Positions 26,779-38,027 of a stretch of 64,000 nucleotides of DNA are shown piece by piece. The notes under the pieces are model-generated. The model did no database searches. It saw only the letters and a program-made list of their open reading frames with translations, and had not been told where the DNA came from. Both the position numbers and the translations under genes were made by a program. The stretch's first letter is position 1. Each line of letters starts with the position of its first letter. The stretch is from Balanoglossus misakiensis. Taxonomy: Eukaryota; Animalia; Hemichordata. Where the stretch lies: assembly GCA_040954595.2 (NCBI GenBank), contig CM082589.2, forward strand, positions 4,850,213-4,914,212, in the 5' to 3' direction.

Positions 26779-28370
26779 CTAAGTTTTTTTAATGTGAAAG
26801 CATAGAGTAAAGCCTGAAAAATTTCTAAGTGTTTTTAATATCAAAGTATAGAGTTAAGCCTGAAAATTTTCTAAGTTTTTTTTTAATGTTAAAGTATAGA
26901 GTGAAGCCTGAAAAATTTCTAAGTGTTTTTAATATCAAAGTACAGAGAAAAGCCTGAAAAATTTCTAAGTATTTTTTTAATGTGAAAGCATAGAGTGAAG
27001 CCTGAAAAATTTCTAAGTATTTTCTTAATGTGAAAGCATAGAGTGAAGCCTGAAAAATTTCTAAGTGTTTTTAATATCAAAGTATAGAGTAAAGCCTGAA
27101 AAATTTCTAAGTGTTTTTAATATCAATGTATAGAGTGAAGCCTGAAAAAATTCTAAGTGTTTTTAATATCAAAGTATAGAGTGAAGCCTGAAAATTTTCT
27201 AAGTGTTTTTAATGTTTAAGTATAGAGTGAAGCCTGAAAATTTTCTAAGTGTTTTTAATAAGTATAGAGTGAAGCCTGAAAAATTTCTAAGTGTTTTTAA
27301 TATCAAAGTACAGAGAAAAGCCTGAAACATTTCTAAGTTTTTTTAATGTTTAAGTATAGAGTGAAGCCTGAAAATTTTCTAAGTGTTTTTAATATCAAAG
27401 TATAGAGTAAAGCCTGAAAAATTTCTGAGTTTTTTTTCTTAATGTGAAAGCATAGAATAAAGCCTGAAAAATTTCTAAGTATTTTTTTAATGTTAAAGTA
27501 TAGAGTGAAGCCTGAAAAATTTCTAAGTATTTTCTTAATGTGAAAGCATAGAGTGAAGCCTGAAAAATTTCTAAGTGTTTTTAATATCAAAGTATAGAGT
27601 AAAGCCTGAAAAATTTCTAAGTGTTTTTAATATCAATGTATAGAGTGAAGCCTGAAAAAATTCTAAGTGTTTTTAATATCAAAGTATAGAGTGAAGCCTG
27701 AAAATTTTCTAAGTGTTTTTAATGTTTAAGTACAGAGAAAAGCCTGAAACATTTCTAAGTTTTTTTTTAATGTTAAAGTATAGAGTGAAGCCTGAAAAAT
27801 TTCTATTTTTTTTTTTTATGTTAAAGTATAGAGTGAAGCCTGAAAAAATTCTAAGTGTTTTTAATGTTTAAGTATAGAGTGAAGCCTGAAAATTTTCTAA
27901 GTGTTTTTAATATCAAAGTATAGAGTAAAGCCTGAAAAATTTCTGAGTTTTTTTTCTTAATGTGAAAGCATAGAATAAAGCCTGAAAAATTTCTAAGTAT
28001 TTTTTTAATGTTAAAGTATAGAGTGAAGCCTGAAAAATTTCTAAGTATTTTCTTAATGTGAAAGCATAGAGTGAAGCCTGAAAAATTTCTAAGTGTTTTT
28101 AATATCAAAGTATAGAGTAAAGCCTGAAAAATTTCTAAGTGTTTTTAATATCAATGTATAGAGTGAAGCCTGAAAAAATTCTAAGTGTTTTTAATATCAA
28201 AGTATAGAGTGAAGCCTGAAAATTTTCTAAGTGTTTTTAATGTTTAAGTATAGAGTGAAGCCTGAAAATTTTCTAAGTGTTTTTAATAAGTATAGAGTGA
28301 AGCCTGAAAAATTTCTAAGTGTTTTTAATAAGTATAGAGTAAAGCCTGAAAAATTTCTAAGTGTTTTTTT
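26779..28370. repeat. 46-bp tandem satellite (~34 units) with ~510-518-bp higher-order repeat
   Basis: Unit ctaagtgtttttaatatcaaagtatagagtgaagcctgaaaaattt; near-identical variant blocks recur at 27061, 27571 and 28089, and ORF-track duplicates 27333-27590 / 27851-28108 are offset by 518. Confidence 0.97.
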
Positions 28371-28572
28371 TTTACAAAAAAGCAGACACCAAGGATTGAA
28401 ATTTATTGTATTTTATTTCATTTTCATATTTCATATTTCATATTGAAATTTAACTCGTATTCACTTGTCGTTTCAGGTCTATCTGTTGAATGGTTGATGA
28501 CCAATCGAAAGAAGTGGAGTCCAGCCGGGATCTGAAAAGACAAGGCAAGTGTTAGAAAATGCAAGTTAAGAG

Positions 28573-28646
28573 GGGGCATACACAAGTTTCAAAAATTTTC
28601 TAAGTCAAAGAAAACTTAGAAAATTTTTGAAACTTGTATATGCCCC
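28573..28646. repeat. Near-perfect inverted repeat (hairpin, ~33-bp stem)
   Basis: ggggcatacacaagtttcaaaaattttctaagt-caaagaaa-acttagaaaatttttgaaacttgtatatgcccc. Confidence 0.9.
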
Positions 28647-28787
28647 AACGTGGAGGTATAGACAAATTTCAAATTTTTAGCGTTTCTGACTTAGTTTTTT
28701 TTTTTTTGCTTTTTATATGCCATCCCTAGCCCCCACCCTTACCTCCCCATGTGTGTACAGCAGAGACTAATAAATCCCTACCATAAC

Positions 28788-28964
28788 TCTTACTTCGGTT
28801 GAGCTAAGTTAAATTTTTTTTTACAAGTGCATTATGGGCATCATAATCTATGCAAGATCTTTTCAGATGCAAAACATTTTTGCATTAGAAAAGATCTTGC
28901 ATAAATTAGGATGCCCGTAATGCACTTGTAAAAAAAAATAGTAGTTTGCTCAACCGAAGTAAGA
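28788..28964. mobile_element. 177-bp palindrome, MITE/foldback-like
   Basis: tcttacttcggttgagc...ttacaagtgcattatgggcatc...tgcaagatcttttc / gaaaagatcttgca...gatgcccgtaatgcacttgtaa...gctcaaccgaagtaaga; a left-arm-only copy lies at ~25710-25805. Confidence 0.75.
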
Positions 28965-29677
28965 CACACACACAATTACATTGCTAAGTTATCCCTCATA
29001 TTAATGTTATTGTTAAGTTATTCTCCTAATCAAATTTTATTTTCGTCCTTAGGTGCAGGGAAGTTGCCATGGACTCGGTTGTAGACATCAATTAAGAAGA
29101 TGCAGTTTTGGAATCTATCAAGCATACAATATTTCTAAATTTTAAATCTGTGGATTATACATGCACACATTCTAGACTGCCTATTTTTTATTATTGTCAT
29201 TTCATTAAATTTAGAATGTATTTATTTAAGTAAGCCGAAAAAAAATAAAACAATGACTTATTTATTAAAACTACATTTGTAAGAGTCCTTTTATCGATTT
29301 TTAACTGCTGTCATTTTAAACTAAACTTTTTAAATGATTTTGTAAAGTGCATAAATATGCCAAAAGCCTCTATGTATTATTACTGAATTTCATGAGATTA
29401 GACATCAATTTCGCTTTGACTAATTTTTTTCAATGGAATACGTACCACAAGCCCCTGAATTAAATGTTTCTAGGTTACAATACAATATACTTTTGGGATT
29501 TTGACCTGTCACCTGAGGTTTCTGACGACTAATTTTAAAAATAATTTTATTTCTGTCAGAATTTATGGTCTTTTATTCTAACTTGCCAGCAGTGTTTATG
29601 TGAATAAAGAAATCTTGCAATATTCTAGAGAAGATGTCTACTCTCTCTTTGTGGTGACCCTGACATTTTAGTTGTGA

Positions 29678-29759
29678 CAAATTTGAAATTCAAAATGGCC
29701 GCCAAATTTGAAATTTAAAATGGCCGCCAAATTTTAGATTCAAAATGGCCGCCAAATTT
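29678..29759. repeat. 25-bp tandem repeat x3 containing AAAATGGCCGCC
   Basis: caaatttgaaattcaaaatggccgc repeated three times with minor changes. Confidence 0.9.
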
Positions 29760-30133
29760 AGTGATGTCCATGACAAAAAGACAGTGAACACCGCTTTGTT
29801 TTGTTTCAAACTTTAAAAAGTTTCGAGTGACTCATCTGATTATTTCAAAAACTCCAAACAGCAAACATAATGAACATAAATACCTCAAACTGTCATAACT
29901 TATATTCTGCTTAATTAGCACATGTGAACAAAAATCCAACAATTATGGTAACCCTAAATTCAGGACCACTGTCTAATTTTATGAGACTTGCTTGAGTTAT
30001 TTTCTATTATTATCAATCAATACAAATTTGCATATTAATTTCATATTCTAAAATAACTACACTTAATTCATTTTTTATGAATATCAGAAGTTTCTGAATC
30101 AATTTTATGTTTATCACTATCTATATGTTTACT

Positions 30134-30297
30134 GGGGTTGGTCCAAAATAAGATGACCACTGTTACTTAATTTGGCTATCCAGACAACCTCGCAACAGCC
30201 ACAGAGATCATTACAACCTCTGGGGATGGTCCAAAGAGAGAACCATGCACCAAGACTGTTACTTCATATGGTTATCCAGACAACCTCGCAACAGCCC
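30134..30297. repeat. Direct duplication, ~95-bp period
   Basis: actgttact(taatt/tcata)tgg(c/t)tatccagacaacctcgcaacagcc at ~30159 and ~30255. Confidence 0.75.
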
Positions 30298-31258
30298 CGG
30301 ATAGATGCATGCTGGGCAGTAGCAATTAAATTTCCTGGGGTCCCTTATGGTTTCTCCTATAGCTATGAGGGCATTTCCTGCACACACACACAATAAAGCA
30401 CCACTTTAAATCATTTCTCTATTATATTTATTGTTTTATTTATAATGTTCATTATTAAAGTGACAAAATTGCTCTTTGTTGACCTATTTTGATATGAAGA
30501 TTTCTATGCTGTTTGACTAGAAGAAACTAAGTTGACAAAAGAAAAAGGTCACAAACAAAACTTTTTTTTACATTCAGCAAGTTATGAATCGTCAATATTT
30601 TGTACACCAAGAGACTTTATGAAAGTTTTCCATGAATTCTTGATATCGCAGAAAGGTCAAAAAGAGCAACTTTGTGCCTTTAATTCGACAAAATTCTGCA
30701 CCAACATTTTTTCACTGTCACTGCAATATATTTGGGTTGTCCATATCCAACTTCTTCGATTTACACATCCGATAAACCGTGTCGAACTAACCTGCACTAG
30801 CTACTCTTATGGCAAGACAATTAAAAATTTCGCGTAGTCATCTGCATACTGACGATTAAGATGATAGGTCACTTTTATGACTCCTATTTGCATGAAAGGG
30901 CTTGTCCTGAGCAACTTTTTTGATGTTGCCCTGAATAATGTGATGGACAACTGCCCCAACTAACAAAAATACACAATTTTATAGCAAGTCCACATGAACA
31001 TGATTGTCTGCCATTAATATATCTGACTTACTGACTCTTAATGAGTAATTATAAATGAGTGACGTACCTTGATTGCCGCCATTGAAGACCACGTGTTCAG
31101 TTGCGCTGGCCAGTTTGAACGGGTCCCTGTAAAACAAATTACAATGCGTTTTATTCATGGAAAATGGAATAACAATCAGTATTTGCCAAAAATAAGCAAC
31201 ACGAATCCGTTTCCACAGCATAGAATTTGGGCAAGCAAAGTGCCAGTGGTGGTTGTAT

Positions 31259-31720
31259 CCGTAACTTTGAAAATAATCTGGACACCAATTCTTAAATTTT
31301 ATCGTGGTAAAATCATGCCGGTCCGGGAAATTTTTCGAAAGTCCGGCACTTCCAGCGTCAAAACTGCGCTCATAAAAGGCTTTTGTTACATTTTCTGGGA
31401 GAGGGAGTCGTATAAGCTCAAAATGACTGCCGTAACTTTGAAAATAATCTTGACAAGACTTCCGAAATTTTATCGTGGTAAAACCATGCCGTTCTGTTTT
31501 TTTTTCTAAAGTCCGGCACTTCTAGCGTCAAAACTCCGCTCAGGACAGGCTTTTGTTACATTTTTTTCTGGGAGAAGGGGTTGTAGTAGCTCAAAATGAC
31601 AGCCGTAAATTTAAATAATCTTGACAAAACTTCCTAAATTTTATCGTGGTTAGCATGCCATGCCGATAAATTTTTCAAAAGTCCGACACTTCTAGCGTCA
31701 AAACTCCGCTCACGAAAGGC
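31259..31720. repeat. ~171-bp tandem repeat, ~2.7 copies
   Basis: ccgtaactttgaaaataatct...aaattttatcgtggt...aaagtccggcacttc(c/t)agcgtcaaaact(g/c)cgctca recurring at ~31260, ~31431 and ~31604. Confidence 0.88.
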
Positions 31721-34700
31721 AAGTTTCATGAAGGAAAATTTACCAGTAAAATGACAGAAATGAAATTGACGCAAGTCGCTTTTACGAATTTAGAGAAGCA
31801 TAAACAGTCGCGTTTTGAACTTGATATTTTCCAGTGAAGCAAATTTGAACAAAGCGTGCGCACAAAAATGAACTTACAACAAACAGGTCCAACACCGCAC
31901 TTCTCCATGCTTGGGCCAACGACACCCCAAACCATGGACACTCAAAAGATGGTTCTGGACAATTTTGCTTGAATTTGGCATGGTTCTGTTCACAGAATGA
32001 TAAAAAAGCCATAACTTACCTCAACTGATAACATTTTCTTCGGGCAGTACATCAAGTGTGGGGTTGCGAAGGTAAAATTGAGTTTTTTTACTGGGAAAGT
32101 CGGAGCTAGAAAACGGCGTGGCCTTCGAAAAGTGACTTCAACGGCCAATTCAATATTCATAATTAGTCGTGTGGGCCGATCTATTGATAAACAAATTTTA
32201 GCTGGACAGACTGGCCATTCACAGAATGCTGATAGGAAATACTGAAGATAATGATTTGCATAAGAGAACCAGCAGACCAGCCGTGTTCATGCATGAAAAA
32301 GCCAATCAGGGACGTGCAATCATTCAAATTAACCAATCAGGAAAAGGATGATGCATTGAAACAATTTAATGTTATTGTTACCAGGACAATATGAGTAATT
32401 TAGTGGCGATTAGGACTACAGAAAACAGATCAACTATCTCTGCGTCACTTTATGCCAGGGTTGAGCCCCTGGGTGCAGGCCTACCATGATTATACACGGT
32501 GGTGTCATCGCGCAAATCTCACTGGTGAGAAAAACTATTAAAAACGTATCGCCCCTAGTAGCGGACAATCGATGTGAGGACCGAAGCCGCTATCCACAGC
32601 CCGACACATAGACTAGGAAGTCAAATTTTTATCCCGTCCGACTAAAAAAGTTACCTTTCTGGTACTGCCGGTTGGCATATGTAATACATACATACACGCG
32701 AGTATTCAAACGAAAATAATGCAATTTTCATACAATTTGCCTATAGTTAATACCACACATCTGTACATTCAAACCCACATGTAGTGAAATTACCTCTCGT
32801 GAAATTGGACACGGTGCTTATTTCCGTTGGTTTTTGCGCCAAATAAACATCATCATACCATCAATAAGGAGAGGATGCATGCACGCGTCGGTGGTTCCAT
32901 TGCATGCGACTGATTTCGCAATCCTGTTGCCATGGAGATGGCGATACAGAGAGGATCAGGTGCAAAGAAACCGCCGGGAAATTGATGGATCCGAGGTAAT
33001 TGGATGTCGGCGATGAATAGTACCCTAATACACAGAATTACGTTGCTGCCAAGGAGGTAAAAGTGATATTTCAAAGACCGGTTGTTCCTACCTCAAAAGA
33101 TTTATCGCGAAACGAATAGGGGAATAGTTCAAATCGTAAAAACTGCGGAAAAATACATGAAAGTTATTTTGGGACTGCCAGCAGTCTTCAGACAATTTTT
33201 CTGTACAAATATGTACTTTCCCAAAAAACTGGGGGGGGGGGCGTCATTGATATTTTACTAATCAGTAATCTGATGACTGACACACGCATTTGCTATATTT
33301 CTAAACTTATCACGCTATCGTTCTGCATTGAAATCTGGTGTTGATACCCTGGCATTGGCGAGAAATATGTGACAATGAAGTAGACCGTTAGGGTAAACGC
33401 TTGCATGTGATTGGTCTGTTGGTTGATCGATTTGTTTTGGTTGACACAATCTGATTGGTTGGCTAGCAGGTAGTATGGCGACATTCGCCAATCATACAGT
33501 GGAAGGCACTCTTCCTTTCGTTCTTGCCAATTCTGACTGAAACACTTATACTCTGACGCCATCTACGTCACATCCTGCTACCATACCAGAACCTATAAAT
33601 CTTGAGTAAAATTGAATTAATAGAGAATATGGTGAAGAAATACCCGTCCATTTTATTAAATATGCGGACTCTATCGCCAGCGACGGGGAATTGAATCATG
33701 CATACGATATATGGACTCGGTCACATGAAATAAATGCGTCTGCGACTAATTTGTGAGAAAAGTAATAATATTGTTTGAAAATACATCATATCGCCTCGGA
33801 GAAGTCCCCATGGCAAACAAATTGTTTCATTTAAACTACACACAAGGCGGATATGAAACGCAGAACCGGTTAAGTATATATATTTAAGGTAACATTTACA
33901 ACCAAGTATAGCCTACCACCCTCTGGGCCGCAAGGAATGTGCGCAGGTATGGATGTACAGCTGCGTGGTCCAGCCATATATAACAGTTATACTCTTTATT
34001 CCGTTTGAGAAGGCCTACTCTGACCTTCAACCGTCGTTTCGAAAAAAAATCAGTCACTCCGCGTCAGAGACATTAATCAAATTACTAATAGTATCATAAA
34101 TCGGCTACAAAAAAACTCCGCTCAATCTACAGAGCGAGTACTCGGCAAACAGCCCCTTTAGTCAATCATAAATCTCAATTTTGTATTCTGCGTTGCCATG
34201 GTGACCATGATTCTCCAGCAGGCCTTAATGAAATATTGGGGTCAGAGTTGTCTTTGATCTATGAATGCCATGCGTCTGTGGTCTTGTGTATATTATTCAT
34301 CGAGAGGTATTCTGATTTTAGCGGGAATATGTTGTTAGGCTTTCCAGTTACATCGCCGAGAGGAAGTTTATTAAAACATAAAGCGCGTTGTAGTGGAAAT
34401 CAATATGTCATTCTAAACATTTATATTTCGTGCTGCACAATAGACTTTTTCGTACAATAAATTCAGTAAAAAATGTATGTGTATTTTCCGCTGTACTACT
34501 GCACGTTCAGGCGTTTAAATCTTTTTGCTGATAATTTTCTGTTATGATCTTCAAAAACTTAGGACATTAATATTTCTACCGTATTACGTCCGTTTGGGAC
34601 TAAAACAGATGGAAAACAAATATTTATCCGTTCTGTGGGCGGGGCGGTTTCATATGTCCCCAAATGCGTCATACACATACTATAGTGGATTAAATCTATT

Positions 34701-35285
34701 TTGCGTTTTAAAATGATAATTATTGAAGTATGTTTATCTCTATAAACTAAATGACATATACAGTTATCTTTCTTCGTTGTATTGACGACATGGAACCTCA
34801 TTACTCCACCTTCACTTAAGCTTGCATGACTGTTTGTATTACAGAAAGATTTTTCGGACTTAAATCTCATTCCTGGAGGCGACTTGAAAGCTCATTTCTT
34901 TCTAATTGACCATTCGTCAAACAATAACGGAAGAGTGTGTGGGCGTCCAGTCGTTTTGAACGGATTACATGTACTGGAAAAGGCTTTGGAGAATTTCAGT
35001 TGTCAGACAGATGTTTTACCGTAAAACGACTCAACTCATACAACAGACTTGCCGATAATTAGATGAAGGTGAAATTTTGACGTAGACTGAATGCAGTAGG
35101 TCACAGCGAAAGTAAGAGGCTGGATTTGTTTGTATCTGTTGCCATAACGTTGCCATAAGTTATCCAACACAAATTCTCCTCTCACAAAGGGCTAGAAAAG
35201 AGGTGCGTGTCTGTCCTGCACGTCTTTGACAGGTCTTACAGATCAGACTGACGCTATTCTGCCATAGGATACAAGACACTCACCT

Positions 35286-35547
35286 CAATAGGCCATGTTG
35301 AGGACCCCACGTGACCTTACATCCTCGTACTTCCGTTGGTAGGCCTAAGTATCCATCAGGTTGACTACAGCCTCAACAAAACTCTGTAATTCAGCTGTAG
35401 TTAATAAATCTTGTACTGAATTACAACAGTGAATCTTTCTTAAGCAGCATTTTATAAGTCTCTTGTCCCAAATGTTGAATTTGATAACCCCATACCAACG
35501 GAAGCACAATGATGTAGGTCATATAGGGTCATGAAAGTGTCCTATTT
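35286..35547. mobile_element. Degenerate inverted-repeat (old MITE-like) element
   Basis: aataggcc...gaccccacgtgaccttacatcctcgtacttccgttggta is imperfectly complementary to taccaacggaagcacaatgatgtaggtcatatagggtc...gtcctatt. Confidence 0.45.
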
Positions 35548-36830
35548 CAAAGCTTGGACTACGATATTGAATTAATCTCTGGACAAAGCTGAACAAATTC
35601 AGGGCACAACATAATTGCTTAAGCAGCAGACTGATGTAATTAATGCACTAAGCTCATTTTGCTGTGTAATCGAATTTTTCCCATTTCGAAATAAACCGAC
35701 TGTCTGATCTAAGCCGATGTATACTACTCAGAATATAAACGTCAGTCAAATGACAGTTGATTTTACAGCAAAATGTAATTACAGTTCGAGCACTATGCAC
35801 AAAGTACACATGTAAATAGAGCAATAATTGTTCGTGGTTATGTTTTACATACGAGTCAACCCAGCCGGGAATTCAGTTCTGTAAATTGGTACATGTACAT
35901 ACAAGACCTTATTTTATATCGTCTGCTCTCTCTTTCTCTCTCTCTCTCTCTCGCATTATTTGCACAAACATAAAACGGTCGTATTTATATTACAACGCAG
36001 TCACTTATGTACCCCACTCCTTGATGTACACACACCTAAACCATGCACACGCATTTGGCCGCAATACACATAAAGTGCATTGTCCCTGTTTGCAATGCAG
36101 CAATCTGGCGGAAATGTTGACGAGCGTAAAGCATTCAACACCACGATGAAAACATTTCCTGCATTGACAATAATTGGTAGCAGTTATGTATTTTAATATC
36201 AATGCACCAGTCGAACAGAAGCCCGTTCAAGATAATCAAAGTGGATTGCCCAGGCCTACAAATAATAGTAGCTAGGTATAAAAGATTCTTTGAAATAAGA
36301 CATTATAGTTGCTATGCATGTAGGAAAGTAATTGCAATTTTAGTTTGAAATACAAATTAAACTACATAATCGCCGTTTTACATATACCACTTGACGCCAA
36401 AAGGCAGGACTACTATATCATGTATCATGTTTATGACAAAAATTAATGTCATCGGAGTAATGAAACCAGAAAGCAATCAAAGTTATTTTTTCGTCTTCGG
36501 CAGAATTACACCGAAGAGATCAATCAATGCACGTGGGAAATCAGAGGAATTTGCGGAGAAAATTAATACTTCGATTCACATAATTCATACCTGAAATGTA
36601 TGACATCATATGCGTTTCAGAGTTAACCATCCCTACATCGAGTTAGACATGATTAGAATAGCAAGTACAATGTATTAGGTGTGTAATTTACCTTCGTATC
36701 GGAATAAAGCGATTTTCCAATATAATCGGACGTATTACTAAATTATCTACATCAATCGAGTCTCGGTCGTTTGTAAAGCCAAACTTAATTAGGTTTCGTC
36801 GTGGCCCCGTGCTCCAATAATCCAAATGTA

Positions 36831-38027
36831 TTAATCGCTATGAAAATTAGGCATTAATCCAACTAGACGGGGATTAAGTTCCGTCTTTTCCAAAGGCACA
36901 ACAAGACTTTTCCTGGTGTCCGTCAGTTCATCTTCGCTTGATACATTTGCGTATCCAAACAGTTGGAAAACTGACGGACAGAGTTCCTGGACCCTGACCA
37001 CCGCTTCAAAGGCGGCGTTTGTCCTCCATTTCTCTCCGTGGCCCTGCCACCAGTCGTCCGACTCTATCCGGCCGCGGGTCTCGTCATCCAGCGAGAGTCC
37101 CACAAACTTGAAGAGTTTAGTCACGAACGTCAGCGGCCTGTCCACCAAGTCCTCGTAACGCACCAAGAGGTACTGTTTCTGCATCCACTCCGGACCCCGC
37201 TCGACGGATAAATAGTTATCCTCAAGCCACTTGCAGTAGTCTGTGATGATATTCTGCAGTCTGCGGTTGATGACGTCCTGGTTTTTCTTTTTCCCACTGT
37301 TCAACAAGCGTTGCATGTTTCCTCGAGAAAGCATCATGGCCCTAGGGTCCCTCACAACATGAATGACACGCACATCATGCTCCTTCAGGGCGGATTCGGC
37401 CAGAGCAATGTTGTTCAACCTGACCGTTTTCACCACAACGTGCTTCTTCTGACGACATATCCGGATTAAATCCTCTTCCCGAATCGGACTGGAAACGCCC
37501 GCCAGCGCTTTGCTGTTGAGGTGCATAAACTTATGACGGTCTAGACTCCTGGTGTAGAAACTTTTCCCTCTAAAGCTGCAGTTGTATATACTGTGTAAAA
37601 AGCTGACCAAATCGGGACGGATAGCCTCGAGAGAATTGAAATCGTCGGCGTACAGATCCAGGTGTTTTTCTTCAACGATCATGTGACCAGGCTCGTACAC
37701 GTAAAAGAAATCTGGGAGATTATTGAAGAGTCCTCCGGTCACACTCGAGCCCGTCCTCATGCGAGCATGAACGAGGATGTGAATATTTTTGTTCTCTGGC
37801 GCAACAATTACGTTTTCTTCTGCAGGTGTGTTATTTTGGTGGATTGTGTTGTATTGGGAAACAACCGAGGAAACTGACTTCCCAAACGGACGCTTGGTCA
37901 ACCTTTTGTCAGTCGCGTCGACGTAGAAAATATTTTCATCGGAGAGGTCCTTCACCCGACTTGACAGGTAAACCACGAGCAAAATAAAAGCAAGAAAGAC
38001 AAGTCCAAGTCGGTGGTGAAACTTCAT
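36831..38027 (-). CDS. Golgi carbohydrate sulfotransferase (CHST1/3/4/5-like Gal/GlcNAc-6-O-sulfotransferase family), single coding exon, 398 aa
   Basis: ATG 38027 MKFHHR followed by a type II TM (LGLVFLAFILLVVYL); 5'-PSB ARMRTGSSVTG; FYVYEP; 3'-PB IHVVRDPRAMMLSR; VRYEDL; 5'UTR acceptor ttttccccag at ~38082. Confidence 0.93.
   Translation of the reverse strand: MKFHHRLGLVFLAFILLVVYLSSRVKDLSDENIFYVDATDKRLTKRPFGKSVSSVVSQYNTIHQNNTPAEENVIVAPENKNIHILVHARMRTGSSVTGGLFNNLPDFFYVYEPGHMIVEEKHLDLYADDFNSLEAIRPDLVSFLHSIYNCSFRGKSFYTRSLDRHKFMHLNSKALAGVSSPIREEDLIRICRQKKHVVVKTVRLNNIALAESALKEHDVRVIHVVRDPRAMMLSRGNMQRLLNSGKKKNQDVINRRLQNIITDYCKWLEDNYLSVERGPEWMQKQYLLVRYEDLVDRPLTFVTKLFKFVGLSLDDETRGRIESDDWWQGHGEKWRTNAAFEAVVRVQELCPSVFQLFGYANVSSEDELTDTRKSLVVPLEKTELNPRLVGLMPNFHSD

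Larger units (their letters stand above)
25361..29249 (+). other. Putative multi-exon transcript (lncRNA, micro-protein gene or decaying gene): exons 25361-25441, 25923-26056, 26395-26466, 26702-26748, 28477-28544, 29053-~29260
   Basis: Each segment has a pyrimidine-rich YAG acceptor and a GTAAG donor (GCAAG for 28544); AATAAA at 29244. The first two exons join in frame into a 69-aa ORF from ATG 25369 (MKLSLVVQQKEVKSGHHLDDLKRQVMDRPESC...AEWTM), stopped by TGA at 26395. Confidence 0.5.

Noticed and set aside
27333-28446. Repeated 85-aa and 71-aa ORFs
   Set aside because: Translations of the 46-bp satellite; the period is not a multiple of 3 and the frames break
31069-31509. 146-aa ORF
   Set aside because: Largely made of the 171-bp tandem repeat; no recognisable domain or exon context
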